Below are positions 27,381-36,844 of a stretch of DNA of 64,000 nt, piece by piece. This DNA is from an uncultured Thermodesulfobacteriota bacterium. GTDB taxonomy: Bacteria; Desulfobacterota; GWC2-55-46; JADFVP01. Location of the stretch: positions 21,608 to 85,607 of the forward strand of contig CAZEBZ010000001.1 in NCBI GenBank assembly GCA_964510775.1, in the 5' to 3' direction. The notes under the pieces are model-generated. The model did no database searches, was not told where the DNA came from, and saw nothing but the letters and a program-made list of their open reading frames with translations. The translations under genes and the position numbers were made by a program. Position 1 is the first letter of the stretch. Every line of letters starts with the position of its first letter.

Positions 27381-27968
27381 GTGAATAATAAAAGCACGGT
27401 TATAATTGTCATAGCCGCCATCGTAGTCGTAATAGCGGCCGCCGGAGGTTATTTCATAGGCAAGGGGTCAGGTGGCGCGGCTTCCTCTAAGAGCGTATAC
27501 AGCTCAGGGCCTTCCATTAGTGATAACAAGTCCTCCCTCATAGCCGACCTTGAGGCGAGGCTTAAAGAAAAACCTGATGACGCAAAGGCCATTTATTCTC
27601 TTGCTGATACTTATTTTAGTATGAAGCGTTTTGACGAAGCAGTTAAGTACTATAAAAAACTTCTTACTCTTACTCCGGAAAATGCCGATGTATATAATGA
27701 CCTCGGGTTATCTCTGCATTACCTTGGTAGATCAGAGGATGCCGTAACAGCCCTTGGTGAGGGTATTAAGAAAAATCCCTATAATCAGAGAATATGGCTT
27801 ACTAAAGGTTTTGTCCTCGCTTACGGAGTGGGCGACCTTGAGCGGGCAGGCAAGGCATGGAAAAAGGCCCGCGGCATAGACCCGGCAAGTGGAGTTGGCA
27901 AGGCTGCCGATAATTATCTCACTCAGATAAACAAAGGTTTTTCTGGTGAGAGCAAGGCTTCTAAATGA
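27381..27968 (+). CDS. membrane-anchored TPR-repeat protein, translationally coupled to resB (possible apocytochrome c chaperone, CcmI/CycH-like role)
   Basis: 195 aa; N-terminal TM/signal anchor; 3-4 TPR units; GTG start with RBS AAGGGG; ATGA overlap with resB start. Confidence 0.6.
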   Translation: MNNKSTVIIVIAAIVVVIAAAGGYFIGKGSGGAASSKSVYSSGPSISDNKSSLIADLEARLKEKPDDAKAIYSLADTYFSMKRFDEAVKYYKKLLTLTPENADVYNDLGLSLHYLGRSEDAVTALGEGIKKNPYNQRIWLTKGFVLAYGVGDLERAGKAWKKARGIDPASGVGKAADNYLTQINKGFSGESKASK

Positions 27969-29380
27969 GTGTAAAACCAAGGGCAGGCGCAAAAGTGCCG
28001 CCGCCTTTTTATAAGAGAGTGGGCCGCAAGGTCTGGTTGTTCTTTAATTCCCTTAAACTTACTCTTGCAGTAATGCTGACGCTGGCCTTTGCCGCAGGCT
28101 TTGGAACGGTAATAGAGCAGGGGCTGCAGCCCTCAGAGTATGTGCGCGCCTTTGGTATTTGGTGGACTAAGATTATCCTCTATACTGAGGTGAACAATCT
28201 TTACCATGCCTGGTGGTTTACGGCGCTTCTTGCTCTTTTGTGCCTCAATATCATCGTCTGCACCTTTGAGAGGTTTCCGCCAAAGTGGAAGGCCCTGCTT
28301 AATCAGAAACCCTCGGGGAAATTCAACGCGAGGATTATATCCAACTGCTCTCATAACGAGACTATCACAGTAGAGTCGGAGCTTGACGATGCCAAGGATA
28401 AGGTCTTAGGCGTATTTAAGAAGAAGAAGTATAAGACGCAGCTTACTACGGCCTCTGATGGACATTATATCTACGCCTGGCGAGGTACTCTCGGCAGATT
28501 CGGCTCTGATGTAGTACATATCAGCCTCTTGCTCATACTCCTTGGTTCTATTCTCGGAGGTTTCTATGGATACAAGGACAATAAAATCGTCTATGAAGGC
28601 GATAGCATGACTGTCCCTGAGGCCTCCTTTAAGGTGAGGCTTGATAAATTCTGGATAGATTACTACGATACGGGCCAAATTCGCCAGTATAACAGCCTCT
28701 TAACTGTTATAGACGGTGGTAAGGAAGTTCTTAAGAAGCAGATATGGGTGAATGAACCTCTCTACTATAAAGGGATACGTTTTTATCAGAGCAGCTACGG
28801 CCCTGCATGGAACAGGATAAAACGCGCTGATATTGGTCTGCTGAAGAAAAAGGGCAGAAAATACCAGAAGAAGATGAGCGTGGATTGGGGTAAAAAAGTC
28901 GATGTGGAGGGCACGCCATATTCCATTAAGCTAATGGGTTTTGCCGCGGACTTTGCCTATGACAACAATACAAAGACAGTCTTTTCTCAGTCCATGGAGA
29001 CAAAGAACCCCGCTGTAAATATAGAGATATACAAGGGTGACGAGATGATCTCCAACCCCTGGCTCTTTCTGAACTACCCCGGCATTTTCCCTGCTATACC
29101 GGACTCGGAAGATGACCTTGTATTCGCAGGTTTTACTGGTATTATGTACTCAGGTATATCACTTAACAAAGACCCGGGAACTAATGTCGTATGGCTCGGT
29201 GCCCTTGTAATGGGCCTTGGTTTCTTCCTGGCGTTCTTTATAACTCATAAAAGATTATGGATTTATATAAAATCATCGGGTAACTCTTCGGAGGTAAAGA
29301 TAGGCGGGTTTATCAATAAAAATCTGTTTGCCCTTGAAAAAGAGCTCAAGGATATAGTCCGGCGAATAGAGGCGGATTAA
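27965..29380 (+). CDS. resB: cytochrome c biogenesis protein ResB/CcsB (System II)
   Basis: 471 aa; ResB topology (N-terminal TMs, large periplasmic domain, C-terminal TM). Confidence 0.8.
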   Translation: MSVKPRAGAKVPPPFYKRVGRKVWLFFNSLKLTLAVMLTLAFAAGFGTVIEQGLQPSEYVRAFGIWWTKIILYTEVNNLYHAWWFTALLALLCLNIIVCTFERFPPKWKALLNQKPSGKFNARIISNCSHNETITVESELDDAKDKVLGVFKKKKYKTQLTTASDGHYIYAWRGTLGRFGSDVVHISLLLILLGSILGGFYGYKDNKIVYEGDSMTVPEASFKVRLDKFWIDYYDTGQIRQYNSLLTVIDGGKEVLKKQIWVNEPLYYKGIRFYQSSYGPAWNRIKRADIGLLKKKGRKYQKKMSVDWGKKVDVEGTPYSIKLMGFAADFAYDNNTKTVFSQSMETKNPAVNIEIYKGDEMISNPWLFLNYPGIFPAIPDSEDDLVFAGFTGIMYSGISLNKDPGTNVVWLGALVMGLGFFLAFFITHKRLWIYIKSSGNSSEVKIGGFINKNLFALEKELKDIVRRIEAD

Positions 29381-29398
29381 CACCACGGCTCGGAGGTC

Positions 29399-30292
29399 TT
29401 GTTTATGGTACTATCACTTGTTTTTTTCAGTTTTTCTTTTGGTTTTTACATACTTGCCGCACTTCTTTATCTCGGCAACTGGACTCTGAAAAAGAAGTGG
29501 CTTGGCCAGCTCGCTACTTCTATTTCATATGTAGCTCTCTTTTCCACGACCATGATACTCATTATGAGAGCCGGTGAGTCTGGGCACGCGCCATTTTCAA
29601 ACCTCTACGAGTCTATGGTTCTCTTTGTCTGGGGCATCAATCTCGGTTATCTTATCCTTGAGTACAGGCATAAGTTCAAGGCAATTGGCGCCTTTGTAAT
29701 GACTATTGCATTTCTCTCCATGCTCTCGGCATCAATGCTGCCATACAGGTTCAAGAGCGTAGAGCCCTTGAATCCTGCTCTGCAGAACAAGTGGCACTGG
29801 ATGGTAAACCTCCTTGCTCACTTTAACCTTGAAAAATACGCCATAGGCTGGCTTGATTTTCATGTCTTTACTACCTTTGTAGGTTACTCGGCTTTTGCCA
29901 TATCTTTTGGCATCAGCATCATGTATCTTATAAAGAACAGGAGCGAGTCACGAGGCGGCAGCGGAGGTCTTCTCGCGGCCTTTCCAGATGGTAAGATACT
30001 TGACGAACTCGGGTACCGCACCATTGCCTGGGGTTTTCCTTTTCTCGCCGTAGGTATCGTATCAGGCGCTGTCTGGGCCAATTATGCCTGGGGCACGTAC
30101 TGGAGCTGGGATCCAAAAGAGACTTGGTCCCTTATTACATGGTTTATCTACGCCGCTTATCTCCATGCAAGAGTCACAAGGGGCTGGCGAGGTAAGAAGG
30201 CAGCTTATCTCTCCATAGCGGGTTTTCTTGCCGTACTCTTCCTCTACTGGGGCGTAAGTTTTGTTCTGCCGGGTCTGCACGCCTACGCTTAG
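29399..30292 (+). CDS. ccsA: cytochrome c-type biogenesis protein CcsA/ResC (heme export/ligation, WWD domain)
   Basis: 297 aa; tryptophan-rich WWD motif WGTYWSWDPKETWSLITW; polytopic. Confidence 0.85.
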   Translation: MFMVLSLVFFSFSFGFYILAALLYLGNWTLKKKWLGQLATSISYVALFSTTMILIMRAGESGHAPFSNLYESMVLFVWGINLGYLILEYRHKFKAIGAFVMTIAFLSMLSASMLPYRFKSVEPLNPALQNKWHWMVNLLAHFNLEKYAIGWLDFHVFTTFVGYSAFAISFGISIMYLIKNRSESRGGSGGLLAAFPDGKILDELGYRTIAWGFPFLAVGIVSGAVWANYAWGTYWSWDPKETWSLITWFIYAAYLHARVTRGWRGKKAAYLSIAGFLAVLFLYWGVSFVLPGLHAYA

Positions 30293-30390
30293 GCGGCCTG
30301 TGTCTTACTTCGAAGCAGCGCACAAGGGGCAGCTTTGGAATTATTTAATCACTTGCTGAGAGTTACTATCCATTAGGGGGTATCTTCTAT

Positions 30391-30975
30391 ATGTCCGGTG
30401 AAGCAAAGTCCGAGGGCGGTCTTCCAAAAGGCGTTATAATAGGCGTCATTGCCGCGGCTGTAGTCATAGTCGTTGTTGTGGTTCTTAGTCAGAAGCAAAA
30501 ATTTACTCTCATGAGCCCCGGCACTGAGGCCATTGATTTTACACTGCCCGACCTTGAAGGTACTCCTCACAAACTCTCGGAGTTTCGCGGTAACGTAGTT
30601 TTTCTTAACATCTGGGCCTCCTGGTGCGGGCCATGCAAGGAAGAGATGCCCTCCATGCAGTTTATGCATAATAAGTTCAAGGGCAGGCCCTTTAAGATAG
30701 TTGCCGTAAGCATTGATTCCGCCCCTGCCAAGAAGGTGAAAAAGTTCGCAAAGGAGCTTGGCCTGACCTTTCTTATCCTCCATGACCAGAAGGGTGATAT
30801 TAAAGACACCTATAAGACAACAGGTGTTCCCGAGACCTTTATCATCGACCAGAACGGTATTGTCGCCGAAAAAGTCTGGGGTCCGCGGGACTGGTCTAAT
30901 CCGAAAAATCTATATAACATAGAAAATCTCCTTGCTAACGGCGCACGTACGCCGAAGTCTTACAAGACAAAGTAA
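30391..30975 (+). CDS. resA: membrane-anchored thiol:disulfide oxidoreductase TlpA/ResA family (thioredoxin fold, WCGPC)
   Basis: 194 aa; N-terminal TM; WCGPC active site. Confidence 0.8.
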   Translation: MSGEAKSEGGLPKGVIIGVIAAAVVIVVVVVLSQKQKFTLMSPGTEAIDFTLPDLEGTPHKLSEFRGNVVFLNIWASWCGPCKEEMPSMQFMHNKFKGRPFKIVAVSIDSAPAKKVKKFAKELGLTFLILHDQKGDIKDTYKTTGVPETFIIDQNGIVAEKVWGPRDWSNPKNLYNIENLLANGARTPKSYKTK

Positions 30976-31058
30976 GGGCAGCGCCTTTGGTTATCCTTGT
31001 AACCAATTAGCGTAGGTTTAGATATTTTTTTTCGTAGAATTAAAATAAGGAAACTCTG

Positions 31059-31790
31059 ATGAATAGCGAAGTCACCTTATCACTTGCATTTCTCGGCGGC
31101 ATTCTCTCATTTGTCTCGCCCTGCGTACTGCCTCTTGTACCATCGTATATTTCTTTTGTTACAGGCATATCCTTTGAAGACCTTACGAGCGAGAGTTCCA
31201 CTCAGCTAAAACGAGTTATTCTCCTTAACTCCCTTATGTTTATTCTTGGTTTTACCACTGTCTTTGTCCTTATTCTCGGCTCATCTGCCCAGCTCTTCGG
31301 CTCTGTATTCTTACAGTATCAGGATCTTGTACGTAAGGTAGGCGGTGTTATTATAATCCTCCTTGGAATTCACATCATGGGGATTATTAATATCAAGGTA
31401 CTGCAAAGAGATAAGAGATACCATTTTTTTAAGGGTAAACCGGCGGGCTTCTTAGGTTCTTTCTTAGTTGGGCTGGGCTTTGCCGCAGGCTGGACGCCAT
31501 GCATAGGCCCTATTCTATCGGCAATTTTTGCTGTTGCGGCAACATCTACAAGTCCCTTTGCAGGCATGAAGCTTTTTCTGGCCTACTCCGTGGGCCTTGC
31601 CATACCATTTTTTCTCACATCTCTTGGCATTAATACCTTTCTTCATCACTTCAACAGGTTAAAGAAACACATGAGGATAGTCTCTATTATCACGGGCTTT
31701 TTCCTTATTTTAACTGGGGTATTGATTTTTTTCAACTCTCTTGCTATAATCTCCTCATATCTAAATACTATCTTGCCACAACTCAGCTAA
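31059..31790 (+). CDS. ccdA: cytochrome c biogenesis thiol-reductant transporter CcdA (DsbD family)
   Basis: 243 aa; two conserved Cys in TM1/TM4 (SPCVLPLVP, WTPCIGP). Confidence 0.85.
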   Translation: MNSEVTLSLAFLGGILSFVSPCVLPLVPSYISFVTGISFEDLTSESSTQLKRVILLNSLMFILGFTTVFVLILGSSAQLFGSVFLQYQDLVRKVGGVIIILLGIHIMGIINIKVLQRDKRYHFFKGKPAGFLGSFLVGLGFAAGWTPCIGPILSAIFAVAATSTSPFAGMKLFLAYSVGLAIPFFLTSLGINTFLHHFNRLKKHMRIVSIITGFFLILTGVLIFFNSLAIISSYLNTILPQLS

Positions 31791-31805
31791 GGCGGATAAC
31801 AACTT

Positions 31806-32156
31806 ATGAGCAAACTTCGTGTAGATTTATATGCGAGGCAGGACTGCTTGCCATGTACATTAGGTGAGCGTACAGACCCACTTACCGGCGCTTCATGTTC
31901 ACTCTGCATGGAGGCGAGGGAGGTTATCTCAAAGGTGCAGGAGGAGGTCTCTTTTATCCTTAACGAGGTTGACATAACCTCCAGTGAAGACCTTAAACGC
32001 AGGTACAGTGAGAATATTCCAACTATCTTTATTAATGGAAAAAAGTCCTTTAAATTCAAGGTCGATGAGGCTGAGTTCAGAAAAAAAGTCAAGAGAGAGA
32101 TAATCAAAGTTGGTATCTCTTTATTTAGAGAGCGCAAAAAAGACAGCTCCCTCTAA
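31806..32156 (+). CDS. glutaredoxin-like thioredoxin-fold protein (DUF836-like) with two CxxC motifs
   Basis: 116 aa; CLPC and CSLC; IPTIFINGK motif typical of glutaredoxin-like proteins. Confidence 0.5.
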   Translation: MSKLRVDLYARQDCLPCTLGERTDPLTGASCSLCMEAREVISKVQEEVSFILNEVDITSSEDLKRRYSENIPTIFINGKKSFKFKVDEAEFRKKVKREIIKVGISLFRERKKDSSL

Positions 32157-32468
32157 GCAGCTTCCTTGTTGCGAAGCTTTTCATTTACGTAAGTCCTGCG
32201 TTATTAAGATAGCTCGCGGCTGAAGTCCTTAATGTTTTTCAAATTATCGCACTGTAAGTTATACATCTTCGAGATGTATTTTTTTTATCAATAAAAGCAT
32301 CTTGCACTCACTCTTTTGTATTTTTAACTCCTTTTGATCTCAACTCCCTCCTTCTTGCTTTTTACTCGCAGATTAGTTATATTCTAACTGAATTTATATG
32401 CCTTAACTGTTATTTTCTCACTTCTTTGCACTCTCAAGTTCACTCTATTTTACGGGAATGCCCATAAG

Positions 32469-33044
32469 ATGAAGTCTTTTATTTCAATGAAAAAAATTAT
32501 CCTCACTATTACCTTTATTCTTACTCTCGCTTTTTCAACCGATGCCCTTGCCGCAAAGGCCAGCATAGGCGACCTTAATGTTACAACTGCGCCTGAGGCC
32601 TTAAGCCTCTCCTTCTCAGTAGAGAACGCCTTTCCCGGAGGCATAGAAGACGCCATTAAGAGCGGAGTACCTACGTCATTCAATTTTCTCGTTGAGTTTA
32701 CAAGGAGAAGAGGCCTCTGGTTTGATAAAGACATGGGAAGCTGGAACTTCAAGCACACCGTTAAATACGATACCTTGAAGCAGGAGTATGAGGTAACCCT
32801 TGAAGAAAAGGGTCTTAAGAAGATAGTTACAAAGGATTACGAGGAGATGAAGAGACTTATGAGCTCGCCTGACTCTGTAGTTCTCCTTCCCTCCTGGGGG
32901 CTTCCAAGGGGATACTCTTATGAGATCCGCGTAATGGCGGAGCTTCGCACCATCAGACTGCCCTTCCGTCTGGATTACATGCTGTTTTTCCTGAGGTTAT
33001 GGGATATTGATACGGACTGGTATTCATATAAATTCACCTATTGA
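32469..33044 (+). CDS. DUF4390-family periplasmic protein (typically encoded upstream of ntrY)
   Basis: 191 aa; signal peptide; translationally coupled (ATGA) to downstream NtrY-like kinase. Confidence 0.55.
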   Translation: MKSFISMKKIILTITFILTLAFSTDALAAKASIGDLNVTTAPEALSLSFSVENAFPGGIEDAIKSGVPTSFNFLVEFTRRRGLWFDKDMGSWNFKHTVKYDTLKQEYEVTLEEKGLKKIVTKDYEEMKRLMSSPDSVVLLPSWGLPRGYSYEIRVMAELRTIRLPFRLDYMLFFLRLWDIDTDWYSYKFTY

Positions 33045-35275
33045 ATTATGCCATGAATAGTACCAAGAGAACGGTTGCCGAGCAGAAGAGACGGCGTAGA
33101 GAGCTTTTTATTATTATCGCTGCGCTGCCTGTTATTGTCTTGCTTACTTACTTTGAGTCCCATATCTCCATACTCAGCGGTAATGTTCCCATACCTGCCA
33201 ATATACTCATCTTAGGTCTTATAAACCTCAACATAATACTTCTTATCGTAGTCATTTTTTTAGTACTACGAAATACGGTTAAGATATTTTTTGAGAGAAA
33301 AAGCAAGGTCATGGGCTCCAAGCTTATGACAAGGCTTATTACGGCCTTTGTCTCACTCTCTATCATACCAACGTTAATATTGTTCTTTGTTGTTATTGCC
33401 TTTATAAACCGCAGCATTGACGGGTGGTTTAATATAAAGATTGAGGACTCCCTGCAGCAGTCCCTTGAGCTTGGGCAGAACTACTACCGGGACATGAAGG
33501 AGAAGATGCTCTCGGGAGCGCGTATTATAGCCCTCTCCGCCGCTAAAAGCTCTATTGCCACAGACTCATCACGCATTCGTTTTTTTATCTATCAGCGTAT
33601 GGAGGAAAATGATTACTCCACTATTGAGGTCTTTAACGCAATGGGGAAGCGTGTCATGTACTTTGTCTCTGACTCTGTTGTTGAGGGCACTGTGCCCGAG
33701 GTGGACACTGAGCGTGTAAGGGCCACCTTCGCGGGAGAGCCTCTGAGCTTTGTAAATAGCCTTGATCTTGGCGATGTTGTACGCGGCTCCTATCCCGTAC
33801 TCGCCCCCGGTAATCCAAAGCGTGTCCTTGGCGCCGTAGTCGTAAGTTACCACGTTCCTCTTAGCCTCATGGGCAAGATGAAGGAGATTTCAACGGCCTT
33901 TGAGGGGTACAAGCAGATGAAACTGCTTAAAAACCCCGTTAAAACGAGTTACTTTGTAATACTCCTTATAATAATGCTCTTAATCGTCTTTTTCTCCATC
34001 TGGATAGGCCGATACCTTGCAAGGGGCATTACCGTGCCCATCCATGAGCTTGCAAACGGTACGAATGAGGTCGCGGGAGGCAACCTGGACTTTCGTATTA
34101 ACGTAGAGTCTGATGACGAGATAGGCCTTCTTGTACGTTCATTTAACCGTATGACAGAGGACTTGAAGGCCGGTAAATCGCGTATTGAGGAGGCTAACCT
34201 TGATCTGAGAAAGACCAATGCAGAGCTTGAGCAGAGGCGTCGCTACATGGGCATTGTCCTTGATAACATCACGGCTGGAATTATCTCCATTGACCGTCAT
34301 GGTAAGATAACCTCTATTAACAGAGTCGCCGCTGAGATTCTCGGTACTGATGAGGGCTTTGCGTTGGCTAAAAATTATAAGGAAGTGCTTCGAGAAGAGG
34401 ATAGAGAGGTCTTCAAGGAGCTTATAAGGCACATGAACGTAATTGGCGTGCAGTCTATGGAGCGTCAGCTCAGCATTAAGGTAGGTGATAAGACTATAAT
34501 GGTTCTTGTAAACCTCAACGCGCTGCGTGATGACAGGGGTAATTACCTCGGCATGGTTACAGTGCTTGACGACCTTACGCATCTACTGAAGACGCAGCGT
34601 ATGCAGGCGTGGAAAGAGGTCGCCAAGAGGATTGCCCATGAGATAAAGAACCCTCTTACGCCCATAAAACTCTCGGCGCAGAGGTTAAGAAAAAAATATC
34701 TTTTGAGTTTTTCTGATAATGAGATATTTGACGACTGCACGCGCACTATTATTAATCAGGTAGACGAGCTAAAGACCCTTGTTGACGAGTTCTCTAATTT
34801 TGCCCGTATGCCCTCTGTAAACCCCGCCCCAAACGATCTTAACGAGGTGGTGCGAGAGACTGTCGCCCTATACAAGACAGCGGATAATAAGATTGCCTAT
34901 GAGGTCATTACTGATGATACTATGCCTGTAGTGAGTATTGACAGAGATCAGATTAAGCGTGTTCTTATAAATCTCGTAGATAACGCATCTGCCGCTATAA
35001 CAGGTCATGGTTTCATTACCGTTAAGACAAGTTACAACCCTCTTCTTCATCTTGTACGGGTAGAGATAATAGACAGCGGCACCGGCATACACGCAGAGGC
35101 GAGAGAGAGGCTCTTTGAGCCTTATTTCTCTACAAAACGCTCTGGTACAGGTCTCGGCCTTGCCATTGTAAGTAATATAATATCAGACCATAACGGTTAC
35201 ATAAGGGTAAGAGATAATCCCACGGGAGGGACAATTTTCGTGATAGAGCTTCCTGTAGGGCCGGTGAGTATATGA
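33041..35275 (+). CDS. ntrY: NtrY-like sensor histidine kinase (4 TM, HAMP, PAS, HisKA, HATPase)
   Basis: 744 aa; H-box HEIKNPLTPI; G-boxes DSGTGI, GTGLGLAIV; overlaps ntrX start. Confidence 0.75.
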   Translation: MNYAMNSTKRTVAEQKRRRRELFIIIAALPVIVLLTYFESHISILSGNVPIPANILILGLINLNIILLIVVIFLVLRNTVKIFFERKSKVMGSKLMTRLITAFVSLSIIPTLILFFVVIAFINRSIDGWFNIKIEDSLQQSLELGQNYYRDMKEKMLSGARIIALSAAKSSIATDSSRIRFFIYQRMEENDYSTIEVFNAMGKRVMYFVSDSVVEGTVPEVDTERVRATFAGEPLSFVNSLDLGDVVRGSYPVLAPGNPKRVLGAVVVSYHVPLSLMGKMKEISTAFEGYKQMKLLKNPVKTSYFVILLIIMLLIVFFSIWIGRYLARGITVPIHELANGTNEVAGGNLDFRINVESDDEIGLLVRSFNRMTEDLKAGKSRIEEANLDLRKTNAELEQRRRYMGIVLDNITAGIISIDRHGKITSINRVAAEILGTDEGFALAKNYKEVLREEDREVFKELIRHMNVIGVQSMERQLSIKVGDKTIMVLVNLNALRDDRGNYLGMVTVLDDLTHLLKTQRMQAWKEVAKRIAHEIKNPLTPIKLSAQRLRKKYLLSFSDNEIFDDCTRTIINQVDELKTLVDEFSNFARMPSVNPAPNDLNEVVRETVALYKTADNKIAYEVITDDTMPVVSIDRDQIKRVLINLVDNASAAITGHGFITVKTSYNPLLHLVRVEIIDSGTGIHAEARERLFEPYFSTKRSGTGLGLAIVSNIISDHNGYIRVRDNPTGGTIFVIELPVGPVSI

Positions 35276-36642
35276 GCACGATGAATAAGATAATGATAGT
35301 TGATGATGAGCGAGACATTAGGGATTCCCTCGGCGGTGTGCTAAGTGACGAGGGCTACTCCGTCGTAAGCGCGGGTAGCGCCGAGGAGGCGCTGCGTGTC
35401 ATAGTGGAGGTGAGCCCGGCGGTGCTGCTTCTTGATATATGGCTGCCGGGTATGGATGGCATCACGGCGCTTAAGCAGATAAAAGAGGTCTTGAGCGATG
35501 TTGAGGTAATCATGATATCAGGCCATGCCAGCATTGATACTGCCGTGCAGGCCACAAAACTCGGGGCTTACGATTTTATCGAGAAACCTCTCTCACTTGA
35601 TAAGGTGCTTATTACCGTTGAACACGCACTCGCACACAGGCGCTTATCAGGCGAGGTGCGTGAGCTTAAACAAAAGGCCCTTAAAAAGTATGAGATTATC
35701 GGCGAGACAGCGGTAATAAAGGCGCTCAAGAGTGACATTAAGAAGGCCGCACCCTCTAACTCGTGGGTACTGATAACTGGAGAGAACGGAACGGGTAAGG
35801 AGTTTGTGGCCCGTAACATTCATCAGCTCTCAACGCGTTCTGATAAGGCCTTTGTAGAGGTAAATTGCGCCGCCATACCTGATGAGTTAATTGAGAGCGA
35901 GCTCTTCGGCCACGAAAAAGGCGCCTTTACAAGTGCCGTCTCAAAGAAAAAAGGTAAGTTTGATATGGCCGACGAGGGTACTATCTTCCTTGATGAGATA
36001 GGGGATATGAGCCTTAAGACTCAGGCCAAGATACTGCGCATCCTTCAGGAGCAGTCCTTTGAGCGTGTCGGCGGTACAGAGCTTATTAAGGTAGACGTAC
36101 GTGTTATCGCCGCTACAAATAAGGACCTAAAGGAGGAGATAAAGCAGGGCGGTTTTAGGGAAGACCTCTACTACAGGCTTAATGTCATTCCTTTTGTCGT
36201 ACCGCCGCTCCGTGAGCGGGCAAAGGATATTCCACTTCTTGCAAAGCATTTTTTAAGTGAATTTTCACGAGACTCAGGCCATGATATGATAAAGGCCGAC
36301 GCAAAAGTACTGAGACTGCTCTCTGAGTACGGCTGGCCCGGTAACATTCGTGAGCTTAAAAACCTTCTTGAGAGACTCGTTATAATGACCTCCGGCCCTA
36401 TTATTACCACCAAGGATATTCCCTCTTACATAAGCGGCGAGAAGGCAGATGATATTGACGGTGACATCTTTAACCGAAGCCTGCTTCGTGACGCGAGGGC
36501 CTCATTCGAGAAGGAATTCATCTTAAGAAAACTCAAGGAAAACAGCGGTAATATCGCCAGAACCGCCGAGGCTATAGGCATTGAGCGCAGTCATCTCTAC
36601 AGAAAAATCAAGAGTTACGGTATTGAGCACGAGGATTTTTAA
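35272..36642 (+). CDS. ntrX: NtrX-like sigma54-dependent response regulator (REC + AAA+ + HTH)
   Basis: 456 aa; receiver LLLDIWLPGMDG; Walker A GENGTGKE; GAFTSA variant; C-terminal Fis-type HTH. Confidence 0.75.
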   Translation: MSTMNKIMIVDDERDIRDSLGGVLSDEGYSVVSAGSAEEALRVIVEVSPAVLLLDIWLPGMDGITALKQIKEVLSDVEVIMISGHASIDTAVQATKLGAYDFIEKPLSLDKVLITVEHALAHRRLSGEVRELKQKALKKYEIIGETAVIKALKSDIKKAAPSNSWVLITGENGTGKEFVARNIHQLSTRSDKAFVEVNCAAIPDELIESELFGHEKGAFTSAVSKKKGKFDMADEGTIFLDEIGDMSLKTQAKILRILQEQSFERVGGTELIKVDVRVIAATNKDLKEEIKQGGFREDLYYRLNVIPFVVPPLRERAKDIPLLAKHFLSEFSRDSGHDMIKADAKVLRLLSEYGWPGNIRELKNLLERLVIMTSGPIITTKDIPSYISGEKADDIDGDIFNRSLLRDARASFEKEFILRKLKENSGNIARTAEAIGIERSHLYRKIKSYGIEHEDF

Positions 36643-36727
36643 GTTTTTTCTTCCTACATTCTTCTACATATTTCACCTTTCTAAACACATATTATTTAAT
36701 TATCTTCATATTTATGTAAACAAATGC

Positions 36728-36756
36728 TTGACAAAGTATTTATTTTGGTATATAAA
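36728..36756 (+). promoter_or_regulatory. strong sigma70-type promoter upstream of orphan sigma54 activator gene
   Basis: TTGACA - 17 nt - TATAAA in AT-rich intergenic region, ~90 nt upstream of ATG 36845. Confidence 0.55.
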
Positions 36757-36844
36757 AAGAGTAATTTAAATAAACAATGTACTTTCTGTCAATGGGCATG
36801 ACACTCCGTCTCAGGCTTCGTGATTATACTTCAGAGGTTCTATC

